64,000 nt of DNA from Candidatus Levybacteria bacterium RIFCSPHIGHO2_01_FULL_36_15b (lineage in GTDB: Bacteria; Patescibacteriota; Microgenomatia; Levybacterales; UBA12049). The stretch lies in NCBI GenBank assembly GCA_001782045.1, contig MFNK01000012.1:86890-150889 (forward strand), given 5' to 3'. Of this stretch, positions 19,891-31,414 are shown in pieces. The translations under genes were made by a program, and so were the position numbers. How positions within the stretch are numbered: position 1 is the first letter of the stretch; each line of letters begins with the position of its first letter. The notes beneath the pieces were generated by a model that saw only the letters and a list, made by a program, of their open reading frames with translations, had not been told where the DNA came from and searched no databases.

Positions 19891-20259
19891 GTGTCTAGAC
19901 TAGAAACCTCGTTAGGAATATTTGAAGCTCATATACGTCGTGAGCATGTGGACATAGAAAGAAATGGTTCACATGAGATTACTTATTTAAAATCAGGAAT
20001 AGTAGATAGACTAAGAGAGAAAAGAAGAATAGCAGAACTAATTTCAAGTTCATCAGGTACCTTAAAAGCACCCGCTGCAGTAGCTGTTACAGCCTATGAT
20101 TCAAGTGTTGGGCTTATGAGGGGGGAAGGTAAAAGGGTTATCAGGGGATTAGTACTTGGAGTTTTGGTCGGTAAAGCTTTAGACAAAGCGGAAACAATAT
20201 TTCAAAGAGACGCTGATTTAGCTGGAATTCACCAGGAAGCTATCGAAAACGCCTCTTAG
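19891..20259 (+). CDS. Hypothetical protein
   Basis: 122 aa; TTGACA-17-TAGTAT promoter ends 8 nt before the GTG. Confidence 0.6.
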   Translation: MSRLETSLGIFEAHIRREHVDIERNGSHEITYLKSGIVDRLREKRRIAELISSSSGTLKAPAAVAVTAYDSSVGLMRGEGKRVIRGLVLGVLVGKALDKAETIFQRDADLAGIHQEAIENAS

Positions 20260-20416
20260 ATTTTTTCCCTTTAATAAATACCACTTTTTCTTTAGGAAAA
20301 TTAAATTCACCATTCATTGCTTTTATAATTTCTAAAGGCGTTGCATCTCTTCTTCCTAATATATCAGGTTCTGGGCGGGGATTGAAATTTCTCAACAATG
20401 CCTCTAGTGATGCCAC
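20240..20416 (-). CDS. Small hypothetical protein (58 aa, not in the ORF track)
   Basis: GTG...MASLEALLRNFNPRPEPDILGRR...; preceded by TTGACA-18-TAAACT-6 nt. Confidence 0.5.
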   Translation of the reverse strand: MASLEALLRNFNPRPEPDILGRRDATPLEIIKAMNGEFNFPKEKVVFIKGKKSKRRFR

Positions 20417-20458
20417 TAATTTAGTTTAGTAAAATAATTTATTTTATGTCAAGAGGCT

Positions 20459-22807
20459 TTATTTAAGGCCTAAATAAAAGAATTTCTGCAATGGAGATAA
20501 CGTTATTACCAATTGCAAAACTATTGTTAGAATAACAGATGCAACTAATAGCTTGTTTAGCTTAAGTATAGAATGTCCGCGAACCAAAAAGGCCAAGCTC
20601 ATATGAGAAAACACTAGCACGTTAAATATTATTGTTCTTGCAAAAATTTCAGATTTGTTTTGCAATAAAAAATAAAACAAAACCAGAAGTAGTGCAGACA
20701 GTCCGAATCCAATGGCAAGAATTAAACCAATTCTATGTGGGGTTAAAATACCTTGATTTATATCCCTGGGTCTCTCTTTAAGCACAGCAGAGCTTCTATT
20801 GTCGCTAGCTAGTGCTAAAGCAGGAAGTCCGTCTGTGACAAGATTTATCCATAAAATTTGAGTTGGAAGAAGCGGGTCGGGCAACTTAAGTAGAGCCGCA
20901 AAGAAAATCAAAGAAATTTCGGATAGGTTTCCAGACAGAAGATAAGTTATAGATTTTACAATATTTGCATAGATTGTTCTTCCTTCTAAAACTGCTCTAA
21001 TAAGCGTTGAATAATTATCATCAGACAATATTATGTCAGCAGATTCTTTAGCTACGTCTGTTCCGGATTGTCCCATTGCAATTCCAACGTCGGCTTTTTT
21101 AAGCGCAAGCGAATCATTTACACCATCTCCTGTAACTCCGACAATAAAACCTAAATTTTTATAAATAGTTGTAAGTCTTAGTTTATCTTCTGGTTTTGTT
21201 CTTGCAAAAATCCTAATATTTAAAATTATTTTTGCAAGCTCCCCATCGCTTATTTTATCTAAATCCTCTCCTGTTAAAACATCTTCATCTTTTTCTATCA
21301 GACCTATTTCTTTGGCAATAGTTAAGGCGGTAAATTCGTTGTCGCCAGTTACCATAATTGTTTTTATCCCAGCTTCTTTTGCGCTTTTTATAGCCTCAAT
21401 TGTTTCTTCTCGAGGAGGATCATATATTCCTGTAAATCCTAAAAACTTCAAATCTTTTTCAAGGGCATTTCTATTATTTAGGCTCTCGCCGCTTAGCTCT
21501 TTATAGCCAAATCCAATTACTCTAAAGCCCTTTTTTGCAAAACTCTCAATTCGTTTTTGAATATCTTCTTTATCCTTTTCGGTACTTAATTCTAAAAGAT
21601 TTTCAGGCGCACCTCTTACAAAAACATATTTTTTTCCATCCTCCTCCCAAATACTTGTTATTAGTTTTGTATTCGGGTCAAACATAAACTCATCTACTAC
21701 TTTTCCTTTACCGGTAAGTCTTTCGAAATCTTTGTATTTTTCTTTTGTCCATAAAAGAAGCGAGCCATCTGTCTTGTCTCCAACGGCTTCAAAGCCTTCG
21801 GCTTTCTGAACGATTGTTGCGCTGTTTCCTATTAAACTAGCTTTGTGGATTAACTCTAGGTTTTCTTTTTTTGAAACCCAAAAGTCTTTAACCACCATTT
21901 TATTTTGCGTCAGGGTGCCTGTTTTATCAGATAAAATTATCTGAACCGCACCCAGGGTTTCAACAGCTGACATTTTTCGAACAATTGCATTTTTCTTTGC
22001 CATCTTAGCAGTGCCAATTGCAAGGGCTATTGTAAGTACCGCAGGAAGTCCCTCTGGAATTACTGCAACGGCAGCGGAAATAGAAAGAAGAATTAAATCA
22101 AATATATTTCTTCCTTGGGTAATACCAATTGGAATTAAAAGAAGCGAAATAAATATTGCAATAATTGAAATAATTTTTCCTAAACTTGATAAGTTTTTCT
22201 GCAACGGAGTAGGTGCTGTTTCTATATTTACTAAGCTTTGGGCAATTTGGCCAAAGCGGGTTGAATGTCCCGTCTTTTCAACTAAAAAACGACCCCTGCC
22301 TCTAGAAACAATAGTTCCTCCAAAGATCTCGTCGTTTAATGCTTTTATTACAGGTAGGGATTCTCCTGTTAAAACAGATTCATCAATTTCCAGATGTCTG
22401 CTAAAAATAAGTTTTCCATCCGCTGGAATACTTTCCCCCTCATTTAATAAAATAATATCTCCAGGTACAATTTGTGACGTTTCAATTTCTTGTCTTTTTC
22501 CGTCTCTTATTACAACACATTTGTTTTTTATGTAGCTTTTTAATTTTTCTAATGATTTTTCTGCATTATATTCCTGAAAAAACCCGAATACTGCGCTCAA
22601 AATCAGTATTGCAAGAATAAAACTTGCATCTACAATATTTCCTATTAAAAAAGAAAAAGCTGCGCCCGTAAAAAGAATTGCGTTTAAAAGAGTTTTAAAT
22701 TGGGAAAGAAAAGCGGAAATTATGCTGTAGCGTCTTTCAACTTTTATTTCATTTTTCCCATACTGCAATAGAAGTTCCGCTGCTTTTTTGGAGGATAATC
22801 CCTGCAT
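20459..22807 (-). CDS. P-type cation-transporting ATPase (P2-like)
   Basis: DESVLTGES, PEGL, DKTGT, TGD, GDGVND, ILWINLVTDG. Confidence 0.93.
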   Translation of the reverse strand: MQGLSSKKAAELLLQYGKNEIKVERRYSIISAFLSQFKTLLNAILFTGAAFSFLIGNIVDASFILAILILSAVFGFFQEYNAEKSLEKLKSYIKNKCVVIRDGKRQEIETSQIVPGDIILLNEGESIPADGKLIFSRHLEIDESVLTGESLPVIKALNDEIFGGTIVSRGRGRFLVEKTGHSTRFGQIAQSLVNIETAPTPLQKNLSSLGKIISIIAIFISLLLIPIGITQGRNIFDLILLSISAAVAVIPEGLPAVLTIALAIGTAKMAKKNAIVRKMSAVETLGAVQIILSDKTGTLTQNKMVVKDFWVSKKENLELIHKASLIGNSATIVQKAEGFEAVGDKTDGSLLLWTKEKYKDFERLTGKGKVVDEFMFDPNTKLITSIWEEDGKKYVFVRGAPENLLELSTEKDKEDIQKRIESFAKKGFRVIGFGYKELSGESLNNRNALEKDLKFLGFTGIYDPPREETIEAIKSAKEAGIKTIMVTGDNEFTALTIAKEIGLIEKDEDVLTGEDLDKISDGELAKIILNIRIFARTKPEDKLRLTTIYKNLGFIVGVTGDGVNDSLALKKADVGIAMGQSGTDVAKESADIILSDDNYSTLIRAVLEGRTIYANIVKSITYLLSGNLSEISLIFFAALLKLPDPLLPTQILWINLVTDGLPALALASDNRSSAVLKERPRDINQGILTPHRIGLILAIGFGLSALLLVLFYFLLQNKSEIFARTIIFNVLVFSHMSLAFLVRGHSILKLNKLLVASVILTIVLQLVITLSPLQKFFYLGLK

Positions 22808-22825
22808 TATTCTATTCTAGCGAAG

Positions 22826-24358
22826 TTAGTACTGATAATCTAGTTTGGGACGATACTGCAGTGCTTCTGCAATATGAGATGCTTTAATATCTTTTGTGCC
22901 CTCAAGATCAGCAATAGTTCGCGCAAGCTTAATTACCCTTTGATAGCTTCTTGCGGAAAGCTGCATTTTGGAAACAGCTAGTTTTAAAAGCTCTAAGCAA
23001 TCTTCAGATAGCTGGCAATATTTTTTAATGTCTTTATTTATCATCTCTGCATTTGAAGAAATTTTAGTTCCCTTAAATCTCTTTGTTTGTAAGTCTCTTG
23101 CTTTTTGAACTCTTTTCCTAATAGCATAGGAGTCTTCATTTTTGGTTTTTTGAGCACTCGTTAACTTTTCTACTTTTACAGCAGGAACGTCCAAATGAAT
23201 GTCAATTCTATCTAGCATTGGGCCCGAAACTTTTTTCTGGTAGCGCAAAATCTGAGCAGGAGCGCAAGTACAATTCCGGCTTTTATCACCAAAAAATCCG
23301 CATGGGCATGGGTTTTGAGCAGCAAACAGCAAAAACTTAGAAGGAAAAGTTAGTCTTTTAGAAGCCCTAGAAATAGTTACAAAACCATCTTCTAGGGGTT
23401 GTCTTAATGCTTCTAAAACATGTCTTGGAAATTCCGGAAATTCATCCAAAAATAAAACTCCCCGATGAGCAAGCGATACTTCCCCGGGTTTAGGGTTGGC
23501 GCTTCCTCCAATAAGTCCTATATGTGAAGTTGTGTGGTGCGGGCTTCTAAACGGCCTTTTAGTAATTATTGGATTTCCGTCCAAAAGCCCAGAGATGCTA
23601 TATATTTTGGTAACCTCTAAGGCTTCATCCAGGGTAAGTTTAGGTAGAATTGACGGGAGAGTTCTTGCGAGTAAGGTTTTTCCGGCCCCTGGTGGACCTT
23701 TTAAAATAATATTGTGTCCGCCAGCTGCTGCTATTTCCACAGCTCTTTTTGCCTGTTCTTGTCCCGCAACGTCGCTCATATCAAAGTCAAAACTTACTGT
23801 ATTTTCGAATCTGTCTAAACTTATATATTTTGCGGGGTTGATTTTCTCTTCTCCAGCCAAGTGTTTTACGAGAGAAACCAAAGACTCAACAGGATAGACT
23901 TCTATATTCTTAACTATTGATGCTTCTTGTGAATTTATTTTCGGTAAAAATATTTGGCTTATTTTTTTATCCTTTGCCATTAAAACTTGTGGCAAGACGC
24001 CATTTGTGTAACGCAATTTCCCATCTAAAGAAAGCTCTCCGGTAAAAAACAGATTATCTATTTTTACCTCAATTTGGCCATCCGCTAGCAAGAGCCCAAT
24101 GGCAATTGGTAGATCATAAGATGATCCTTCTTTAGGTAAATCAGCTGGAGCCAAATTTACTGTTATTCTTTTTGCAGGAAAATCAAACCCGGAATTTTTT
24201 ACAGCAGATCTTACCCTTTCTCTTGCTTCCTCAACTGCCTTATCCGGAAGCCCGACAATTGTAAAAGAGGGAAGCCCTTGTCCTTGAACGTCAACCTCTA
24301 TTTCTATCGGAATAGCATCGAGTCCTAAAACCGCAGCAGAAGTAACTTTTGCGATCAT
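22826..24358 (-). CDS. comM: ComM/YifB Mg-chelatase-like AAA+ helicase
   Basis: GLPDKAVEEARERV, VNLAPADLPKEG, GPPGAGKT, LFLDEFPEF, NPCPCG. Confidence 0.93.
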   Translation of the reverse strand: MIAKVTSAAVLGLDAIPIEIEVDVQGQGLPSFTIVGLPDKAVEEARERVRSAVKNSGFDFPAKRITVNLAPADLPKEGSSYDLPIAIGLLLADGQIEVKIDNLFFTGELSLDGKLRYTNGVLPQVLMAKDKKISQIFLPKINSQEASIVKNIEVYPVESLVSLVKHLAGEEKINPAKYISLDRFENTVSFDFDMSDVAGQEQAKRAVEIAAAGGHNIILKGPPGAGKTLLARTLPSILPKLTLDEALEVTKIYSISGLLDGNPIITKRPFRSPHHTTSHIGLIGGSANPKPGEVSLAHRGVLFLDEFPEFPRHVLEALRQPLEDGFVTISRASKRLTFPSKFLLFAAQNPCPCGFFGDKSRNCTCAPAQILRYQKKVSGPMLDRIDIHLDVPAVKVEKLTSAQKTKNEDSYAIRKRVQKARDLQTKRFKGTKISSNAEMINKDIKKYCQLSEDCLELLKLAVSKMQLSARSYQRVIKLARTIADLEGTKDIKASHIAEALQYRPKLDYQY

Positions 24359-24389
24359 AAGAGTAGACTAACAAAAAAGAAGCAACGGT

Positions 24390-25696
<1,307 letters not shown>

Positions 25697-25705
25697 AGAG
25701 CCCAA

Positions 25706-27469
25706 ATGGATGACGTATCAAGAGTTAGAGAAAAAATAGATTTAGTCTCCTTTATTTCGGAATTTATAACTCTAAAAAAAGCAGGAAGAAATTTTAGGGC
25801 ACTTTGTCCCTTCCACAACGAGAAAAGCCCTTCATTTATGGTTTCTCCCGAGCGGCAAATTTGGCACTGTTTTGGATGCGGCAAGGGCGGGGATTCTTTT
25901 ACGTTTTTAATGGAATATGAAAACATGGAATTTCCGGAAGCCTTGCGAACTTTGGCAAAAAAAGCAGGCATTGAGCTTAAAGAATCAGACTTTAGAAAAA
26001 CACAAACCTCCGAAAAGGAGAAGATATTTGAAATTAACAAACTAGCTTTAAAATATTATAAGTATTTACTTTTAGAGCATAAAATAGGGAAAAACGCCCT
26101 TGAATATTTGACAAAAAAAAGAGGCTTAAACAAGGGTATTATCGATACGTTTGAAATTGGATTTGCACCGGCATCTGCGTCTTCTCTTTCAGGGTATTTA
26201 ATAAACAAAAAAAAATATAAATCAAAAGATCTTTTTTTAGCAGGAATATCATTCGAAAGAGGAGGCAAAGCTTTTGATTTTTTCAGAGGCAGAATTATTT
26301 TCCCTCTTTATGATCACAGAGGAAATGTTTTAGGCTTTTCTGGCAGAGCCCTAAACGAGAGCGATATGCCAAAGTATATTAATACTAGGGAAACTCTTGT
26401 TTATCACAAAGGTAGCGTGTTTTTTGGCCTGAATTTGGCAAAAGAAGATATAAAGCAAAAGCAAAATGCAATCTTAGTAGAAGGGGAGTTTGATATGATT
26501 TCTCTTTTTACCCAAGGCTTTAAAAATGTTGTTGCCATAAAGGGAACTGCCTTAACGGAAGATCAGGTAGCATTAATTTCCCGCTTTACTCCCAAATTAA
26601 CATTCTGTTTTGATCAAGATAGCGCTGGATTTGAGGCAACAAAGCGAAGCCTTGCAATTATAGAACAAAGAGGGCTTCCTGCAAATATTATAGATTTAAA
26701 AGACGCAAAAGATCCGGACGAGGCAATAAGAAAAAATCCTCTCGAATTTAAAAAAGAACTAAATAATGCTCCAAATGTTTATGACTATTTTATAGATTAT
26801 TATCTTTTAAACAATCCAAAAGAAAAAGCGGAAGGAAAAAGAAAAATAACAGAAGAAATACTTCCTATTATTTCAAGAATATCCAACGAAATTATTAAAG
26901 AACATTATCTTAAAAAACTTGCCATTCAGCTTGATACATCAGTAGATTCTATAAATAAAGAAGTCGAAAAAATACAAACCAAAAAGGAGGAAGACAAGAT
27001 TATAGTAGCTCAAAACAAAAGCAGGGACAGACGCGAACTTTTAGAGGAATATGTCCTTGCCCTGGCTTTACAAAGCGAGAAAATAAGCGAAGTTTTAGAA
27101 GAAAACAAAGAAGAATTAGAAAAATATGTCTTTAAAACACCCTCCTATCAAAAAATCCTAGATTTGCTTTCCGAGTTTTACGTAAAAAATAAAAACGAAA
27201 CTATTAAGCAATTTTCAAATTATTTACCAAAAGAACTCTTAAAATCATTTGATTTTTTATACCTTTATCCGGTGCCAAAGTTTGCCACAGAAGAAAAGTA
27301 TAGAGCTGAAATAAAAAAAGTAAGCAAAGAATTATTAGCAATTTATTTAAAAGAAAGATTAAGAGAGGTAACGGATAAAATAAAAAATACAAAAAAAATC
27401 GAGGATAAAAACAGTTTGCAGAAAGAATATGCTCAAATCCTGTCCCTCATTAGGCAAACGCGAGTTTAA
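25706..27469 (+). CDS. dnaG: DNA primase
   Basis: CPFHNEKSPSF...HCFGC zinc finger, KYINT, VEGEFD, FDQDSAG, KDPDE. Confidence 0.98.
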   Translation: MDDVSRVREKIDLVSFISEFITLKKAGRNFRALCPFHNEKSPSFMVSPERQIWHCFGCGKGGDSFTFLMEYENMEFPEALRTLAKKAGIELKESDFRKTQTSEKEKIFEINKLALKYYKYLLLEHKIGKNALEYLTKKRGLNKGIIDTFEIGFAPASASSLSGYLINKKKYKSKDLFLAGISFERGGKAFDFFRGRIIFPLYDHRGNVLGFSGRALNESDMPKYINTRETLVYHKGSVFFGLNLAKEDIKQKQNAILVEGEFDMISLFTQGFKNVVAIKGTALTEDQVALISRFTPKLTFCFDQDSAGFEATKRSLAIIEQRGLPANIIDLKDAKDPDEAIRKNPLEFKKELNNAPNVYDYFIDYYLLNNPKEKAEGKRKITEEILPIISRISNEIIKEHYLKKLAIQLDTSVDSINKEVEKIQTKKEEDKIIVAQNKSRDRRELLEEYVLALALQSEKISEVLEENKEELEKYVFKTPSYQKILDLLSEFYVKNKNETIKQFSNYLPKELLKSFDFLYLYPVPKFATEEKYRAEIKKVSKELLAIYLKERLREVTDKIKNTKKIEDKNSLQKEYAQILSLIRQTRV

Positions 27470-27505
27470 TTTGTAACACAAAGATGCTAAAATAGATATA
27501 CTTTT

Positions 27506-28582
27506 ATGAAGCAACCCGACTTAATTTCAGATATAGTTTCTAGTGCAAAAAAGAGGGGATATATCACTCAGGAAGAAATATTGTCCCTTTATCCCAAGCC
27601 CGAACAGCACATAGATGAACTTGATAAGCTTTATAACAAGCTAATAAGGTCTGATATTGATGTTTTTGAATCCGTAGCCGCAGAAGCAGATGAAGAAAAA
27701 CCGATAGAGGATTTGGAAAAAGAGCTGGAGGCACTTACTGTATTAACGGAAGGAACAGTTTCCGACCCTGTAAGGATGTATCTTAAAGAAATTGGAAGAA
27801 TTCCTCTTTTAACATTTGATCAGGAAATTTCCCTTGCTAAAAAAGTAGAAAAATCAGATAAAAAAGCAAAGCAAATGCTAATAAACTCAAATTTAAGACT
27901 GGTGGTTTCAATTGCAAAAAAATATGTAGGAAGAGGGCTAACGTTACTCGATTTAATTCAGGAAGGAAACCAGGGATTAATTAGAGCAGTAGAAAAATAT
28001 GACTGGAGAAGGGGCTTTAAGTTTTCAACTTACGCAACGTGGTGGATAAGACAATCAATAACCAGAGCTATTGCAGACCAGGCAAGAACTATAAGAATTC
28101 CGGTCCATATGGTCGAGAATATAAATAGATTTTTGCGAGCTTCAAGAAAATTAATGCAAGAGTTGGGAAGAGAACCAACGCCAGAAGAGGTTGCAAAAAC
28201 ACTAGGGATTGAGCCTGATAAAGCTTTAGAAATAATAAAAATATCTCAGGAGCCAGCAAGTTTGGAATCGCCTGTTGGAGATGAGGAAGATAGTAAATTA
28301 GGCGATTTTATTCATGATACATCCGCTCCCACCCTTTTTGATACTGCTTCACGCGAGCTACTCAAAGAACAAATAGAGCAAGTATTGTCTACTCTTTCCG
28401 ATAGGGAAAAAAGAGTTTTGGAAGAAAGGTTTGGTTTAAAAGACGGCCGACCAAAAACACTTGAAGAAGTAGGGAAAATGTTTGCAGTAACAAGAGAGCG
28501 AATAAGGCAAATTGAGGCAAAGGCGTTGCGAAAGCTTCGACACCCTTCCCGAGGAAATAAATTGAAAGACTACCTAGCTTAG
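27506..28582 (+). CDS. rpoD: Primary sigma-70 factor
   Basis: [42 protein letters not shown]. Confidence 0.98.
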   Translation: MKQPDLISDIVSSAKKRGYITQEEILSLYPKPEQHIDELDKLYNKLIRSDIDVFESVAAEADEEKPIEDLEKELEALTVLTEGTVSDPVRMYLKEIGRIPLLTFDQEISLAKKVEKSDKKAKQMLINSNLRLVVSIAKKYVGRGLTLLDLIQEGNQGLIRAVEKYDWRRGFKFSTYATWWIRQSITRAIADQARTIRIPVHMVENINRFLRASRKLMQELGREPTPEEVAKTLGIEPDKALEIIKISQEPASLESPVGDEEDSKLGDFIHDTSAPTLFDTASRELLKEQIEQVLSTLSDREKRVLEERFGLKDGRPKTLEEVGKMFAVTRERIRQIEAKALRKLRHPSRGNKLKDYLA

Positions 28583-28776
28583 GATGGTTTATTTATTGTT
28601 TCTCTAGCTTCCAAATCTTTCGATGGATAACGCTGGACAGTTATTGGAAAATCTTCGGAATGCAAATTACTGGATGGTTCAAATAAGGCATCGAACGCTT
28701 CTCCGAAACTTTCTGCTTCTTGTCTAAATGAGGCAATTGCGGGATCTTGGGGGCGCTTTTCAGATTCCAAAGCCAT
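28579..28776 (-). CDS. Small hypothetical protein
   Basis: 65 aa ATG ORF filling the rpoD/guaB-like gap, with an upstream TTGACA. Confidence 0.5.
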   Translation of the reverse strand: MALESEKRPQDPAIASFRQEAESFGEAFDALFEPSSNLHSEDFPITVQRYPSKDLEARETINKPS

Positions 28777-28807
28777 GAACTATTGTTGTCAAAAAAGCTG
28801 ATTATTG

Positions 28808-30421
28808 TCAAGAGAGAGTATTGCCATATGCTGTTCTTTGAGCATTTGAAGCCTCTGTTACCTCACGAATGTAATTGCACGGTTTGTTGTGCAGCTCAGC
28901 AATACTGGGTTCTCTCCTAAAAACTAGACCATTAGACGTGGCGTCTCTTAATCTTTTAATGTTCCCAGTCATAGAAATATTTCTTAAAGTATAACGCTCT
29001 TTTCTCTTTCTTACCCTTTGAACTCCCGTTTCTCCCTCCACAAATTTTGGTCTCCCTATATCATCCATAGAATCTTTCCACCATTTTGCAGAAACCGAGG
29101 CTTCGCCTCCATAAGACATATAATATTTTCCTTCTTCATCCTCAAATATATATTTACCTCCGGCTCCTTCCCAAGACACTCCAATTTCCCCGGGCTTTGA
29201 AAGAAAAGAGGCTCCTAGTGCAAAGGCAGTTATTAAATGGGTTCCGACTCCTCCTCCTTCTATTCCAATTGGAATTTTTATTTTTCCGCGCATTTTATGT
29301 AATAGTGTAGCTGTATTTATTGCAAGATCTGCGTCTATTGCAGTTGTGCACTGTTTGCCTCCTGCTACTCCCAGGAATAAAGCATCGGCTCCTGCTTTTT
29401 GCGCTTTAAGCCCCGTTTGTAAATCCATAATTTGTCCTGCAACTATTTTTAAATCATGGTTCCCGTTATATTTTTCTCTAATTTTCTTTATAGTTTCGAT
29501 TATTTCCATTCCACCTTCCGGAGAATAAATTCTAAATAAACGTACACCTTTTTCATATAGAGCCGTAACTCTTGCAAGCGCCCTACCAGGCTCTGCCTCA
29601 ATTGCGGCACCTACATTATTGACCCAAGATTGTCGTAATTCCTTATAATAAAGCTTCGTTAAATACTTTTTATTTTTTGCTATCAATCCTTTTATCTCTG
29701 CAAATTCTTTTAGCTGCTCTTCGTTTGGTTTTAGTTCTTTGGGAAGCGGCATTTTAGTAAGAGTATTTATTACATCTTCGGCAAGTTGTGCTTGCTCGCC
29801 AATATCTGAAAGTAGCTTATCTCTACTCATAAACACCATTCCCCCGGCTTGCGCCATTGTCACATAGGCTAAATGACTTCCCACATCAGGAACTGATCCG
29901 AGTGCTAAAGGAATTCTGGCTTGCCCCATTATATTAACTTCAATATGAGTATCAATGTCGGTTCTACTTTGCCTTTCTTCCTTTGGGGTGGGTGCAACAA
30001 CCCCAAGATTATCAAAAGCTACATTTTTGCCTTCTTTTGCCAAGCGTTTCATAACTTTTGATTTTCCTTTAACAGGTTTTTTAAAGCCTTCTTTTGCAAG
30101 TTTTAGTTTAAAAAGAAATCTATCGGGCTTGTTCCATCGAATTAAATCATATGATCGTTCTTTCTTTAATTCTTCTACCATTTCTTTAGGAATTTCGACA
30201 AGTTTGGTTCCTTCAAGTCGAGGAATGTCGTATGGACTAAGTCTAGGAATTATTCCAACTCTATAATTGTCTTTAGTAAGATCATCGGCCAATTTGAGGT
30301 CTCCTGGGGCAAAGTTATCCAGTAATAACTGCGAACTTTCTTCTATCTTTTGGTCTAAACCGACTTTTTCTCTTGGTTTGGGATAATCTACAAGATATGA
30401 AACAGGTCTTTCTGCCTTCAT
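28808..30421 (-). CDS. Highly diverged IMP dehydrogenase/GMP reductase-family protein
   Basis: AFDNL, IPLALG, MAQAGG, VGAAI, AGADALFLGVAGGKQCTT, IEGGG, ALGAS, YGGEAS, VEGETG occur in IMPDH order. Confidence 0.75.
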   Translation of the reverse strand: MKAERPVSYLVDYPKPREKVGLDQKIEESSQLLLDNFAPGDLKLADDLTKDNYRVGIIPRLSPYDIPRLEGTKLVEIPKEMVEELKKERSYDLIRWNKPDRFLFKLKLAKEGFKKPVKGKSKVMKRLAKEGKNVAFDNLGVVAPTPKEERQSRTDIDTHIEVNIMGQARIPLALGSVPDVGSHLAYVTMAQAGGMVFMSRDKLLSDIGEQAQLAEDVINTLTKMPLPKELKPNEEQLKEFAEIKGLIAKNKKYLTKLYYKELRQSWVNNVGAAIEAEPGRALARVTALYEKGVRLFRIYSPEGGMEIIETIKKIREKYNGNHDLKIVAGQIMDLQTGLKAQKAGADALFLGVAGGKQCTTAIDADLAINTATLLHKMRGKIKIPIGIEGGGVGTHLITAFALGASFLSKPGEIGVSWEGAGGKYIFEDEEGKYYMSYGGEASVSAKWWKDSMDDIGRPKFVEGETGVQRVRKRKERYTLRNISMTGNIKRLRDATSNGLVFRREPSIAELHNKPCNYIREVTEASNAQRTAYGNTLS

Positions 30422-30463
30422 TACCGAGCTATTCTACAACATTTACTCAAGAAGTTAAAGGAG

Positions 30464-30901
30464 TTACCGTCTAGATAAAAATCTTTTAATCCACTTGTGG
30501 TCGTGGATCTCACTTATTACAAAAATAAGGCTAAATATTGCAAAAGTATAAATAATTGCATCTATACTTATTCTCCCCAAGTCGTCCCAGTATAAATCCT
30601 CAAGATATAGCCAAAGAGCAAACTCATCTATCGTTAAAGCTGCTCCAATTCCAAATAAAATTGCCATAATGTGTCTGACTCTATCCGTCGCCCAAAAAGA
30701 AATTCCAATGTAGCCGCAAATTAAAAGCAGTAAAATTCCCGGAACCAAATGGTGTACATGAAACGGACCGGTCTGATTTCCAAGAATTTCCAATTTTTGC
30801 AAAATCGTAATTGTTCTAACAATTGCAAAAGTTATTATAAAACTAACCAGAATCAAAATTTGGGAAAGTCTTCTACTTCTGAAGATTTTTTTAAGCATCA
30901 A
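30464..30901 (-). CDS. Conserved 4-TM membrane protein
   Basis: HVHHLVPG, GIGAALTIDEFALWL. Confidence 0.7.
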   Translation of the reverse strand: MMLKKIFRSRRLSQILILVSFIITFAIVRTITILQKLEILGNQTGPFHVHHLVPGILLLLICGYIGISFWATDRVRHIMAILFGIGAALTIDEFALWLYLEDLYWDDLGRISIDAIIYTFAIFSLIFVISEIHDHKWIKRFLSRR

Positions 30902-30951
30902 TTAATTATTGCATTTTTTATAATTTTTTGACATAAGGGTTATAATAGGGT

Positions 30952-31410
30952 ATGAAAGTAAAAAATGCTTTCAGCAAAAGGGTTGGCTACATTAAGTCTC
31001 AATCTACATTGTTAGACGCTGCAAAATTCATTTTCGGCCACAATCACAAGGGAATCCCAGTTGTAAATGAATCAAAAAAAGTTATAGGTTTTATTACCGA
31101 GCAGGATATTATGTCCAGAATGTTTCCAAACGTTTCAGAGTTTATGGAAGATTATATACATGAAAGAGATTTCGAGGCTATGGAAGGTAATTTAAAAAAT
31201 ATTCTTACACAAAAAGTTAAAAATGTCATGAGTAAAAAAGTAATAACAATTCACGTTGAAGATCCGCTTCTTAAAGCAGAGTCTATAATGAAATTGCATG
31301 ATATCTCAAGACTTCCGGTGGTTGACAATAAAGGAACTCTTTTAGGAATTATTTCAAAAGGAGATATATTCAGACATCTTGTAAGTAGAAAAATAAGGGG
31401 CTTCAAATAA
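30952..31410 (+). CDS. Stand-alone CBS-pair protein
   Basis: GIPVVN..VIGFITEQDI and RLPVVD..LLGIISKGDI. Confidence 0.9.
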   Translation: MKVKNAFSKRVGYIKSQSTLLDAAKFIFGHNHKGIPVVNESKKVIGFITEQDIMSRMFPNVSEFMEDYIHERDFEAMEGNLKNILTQKVKNVMSKKVITIHVEDPLLKAESIMKLHDISRLPVVDNKGTLLGIISKGDIFRHLVSRKIRGFK

Positions 31411-31414
31411 GTGT

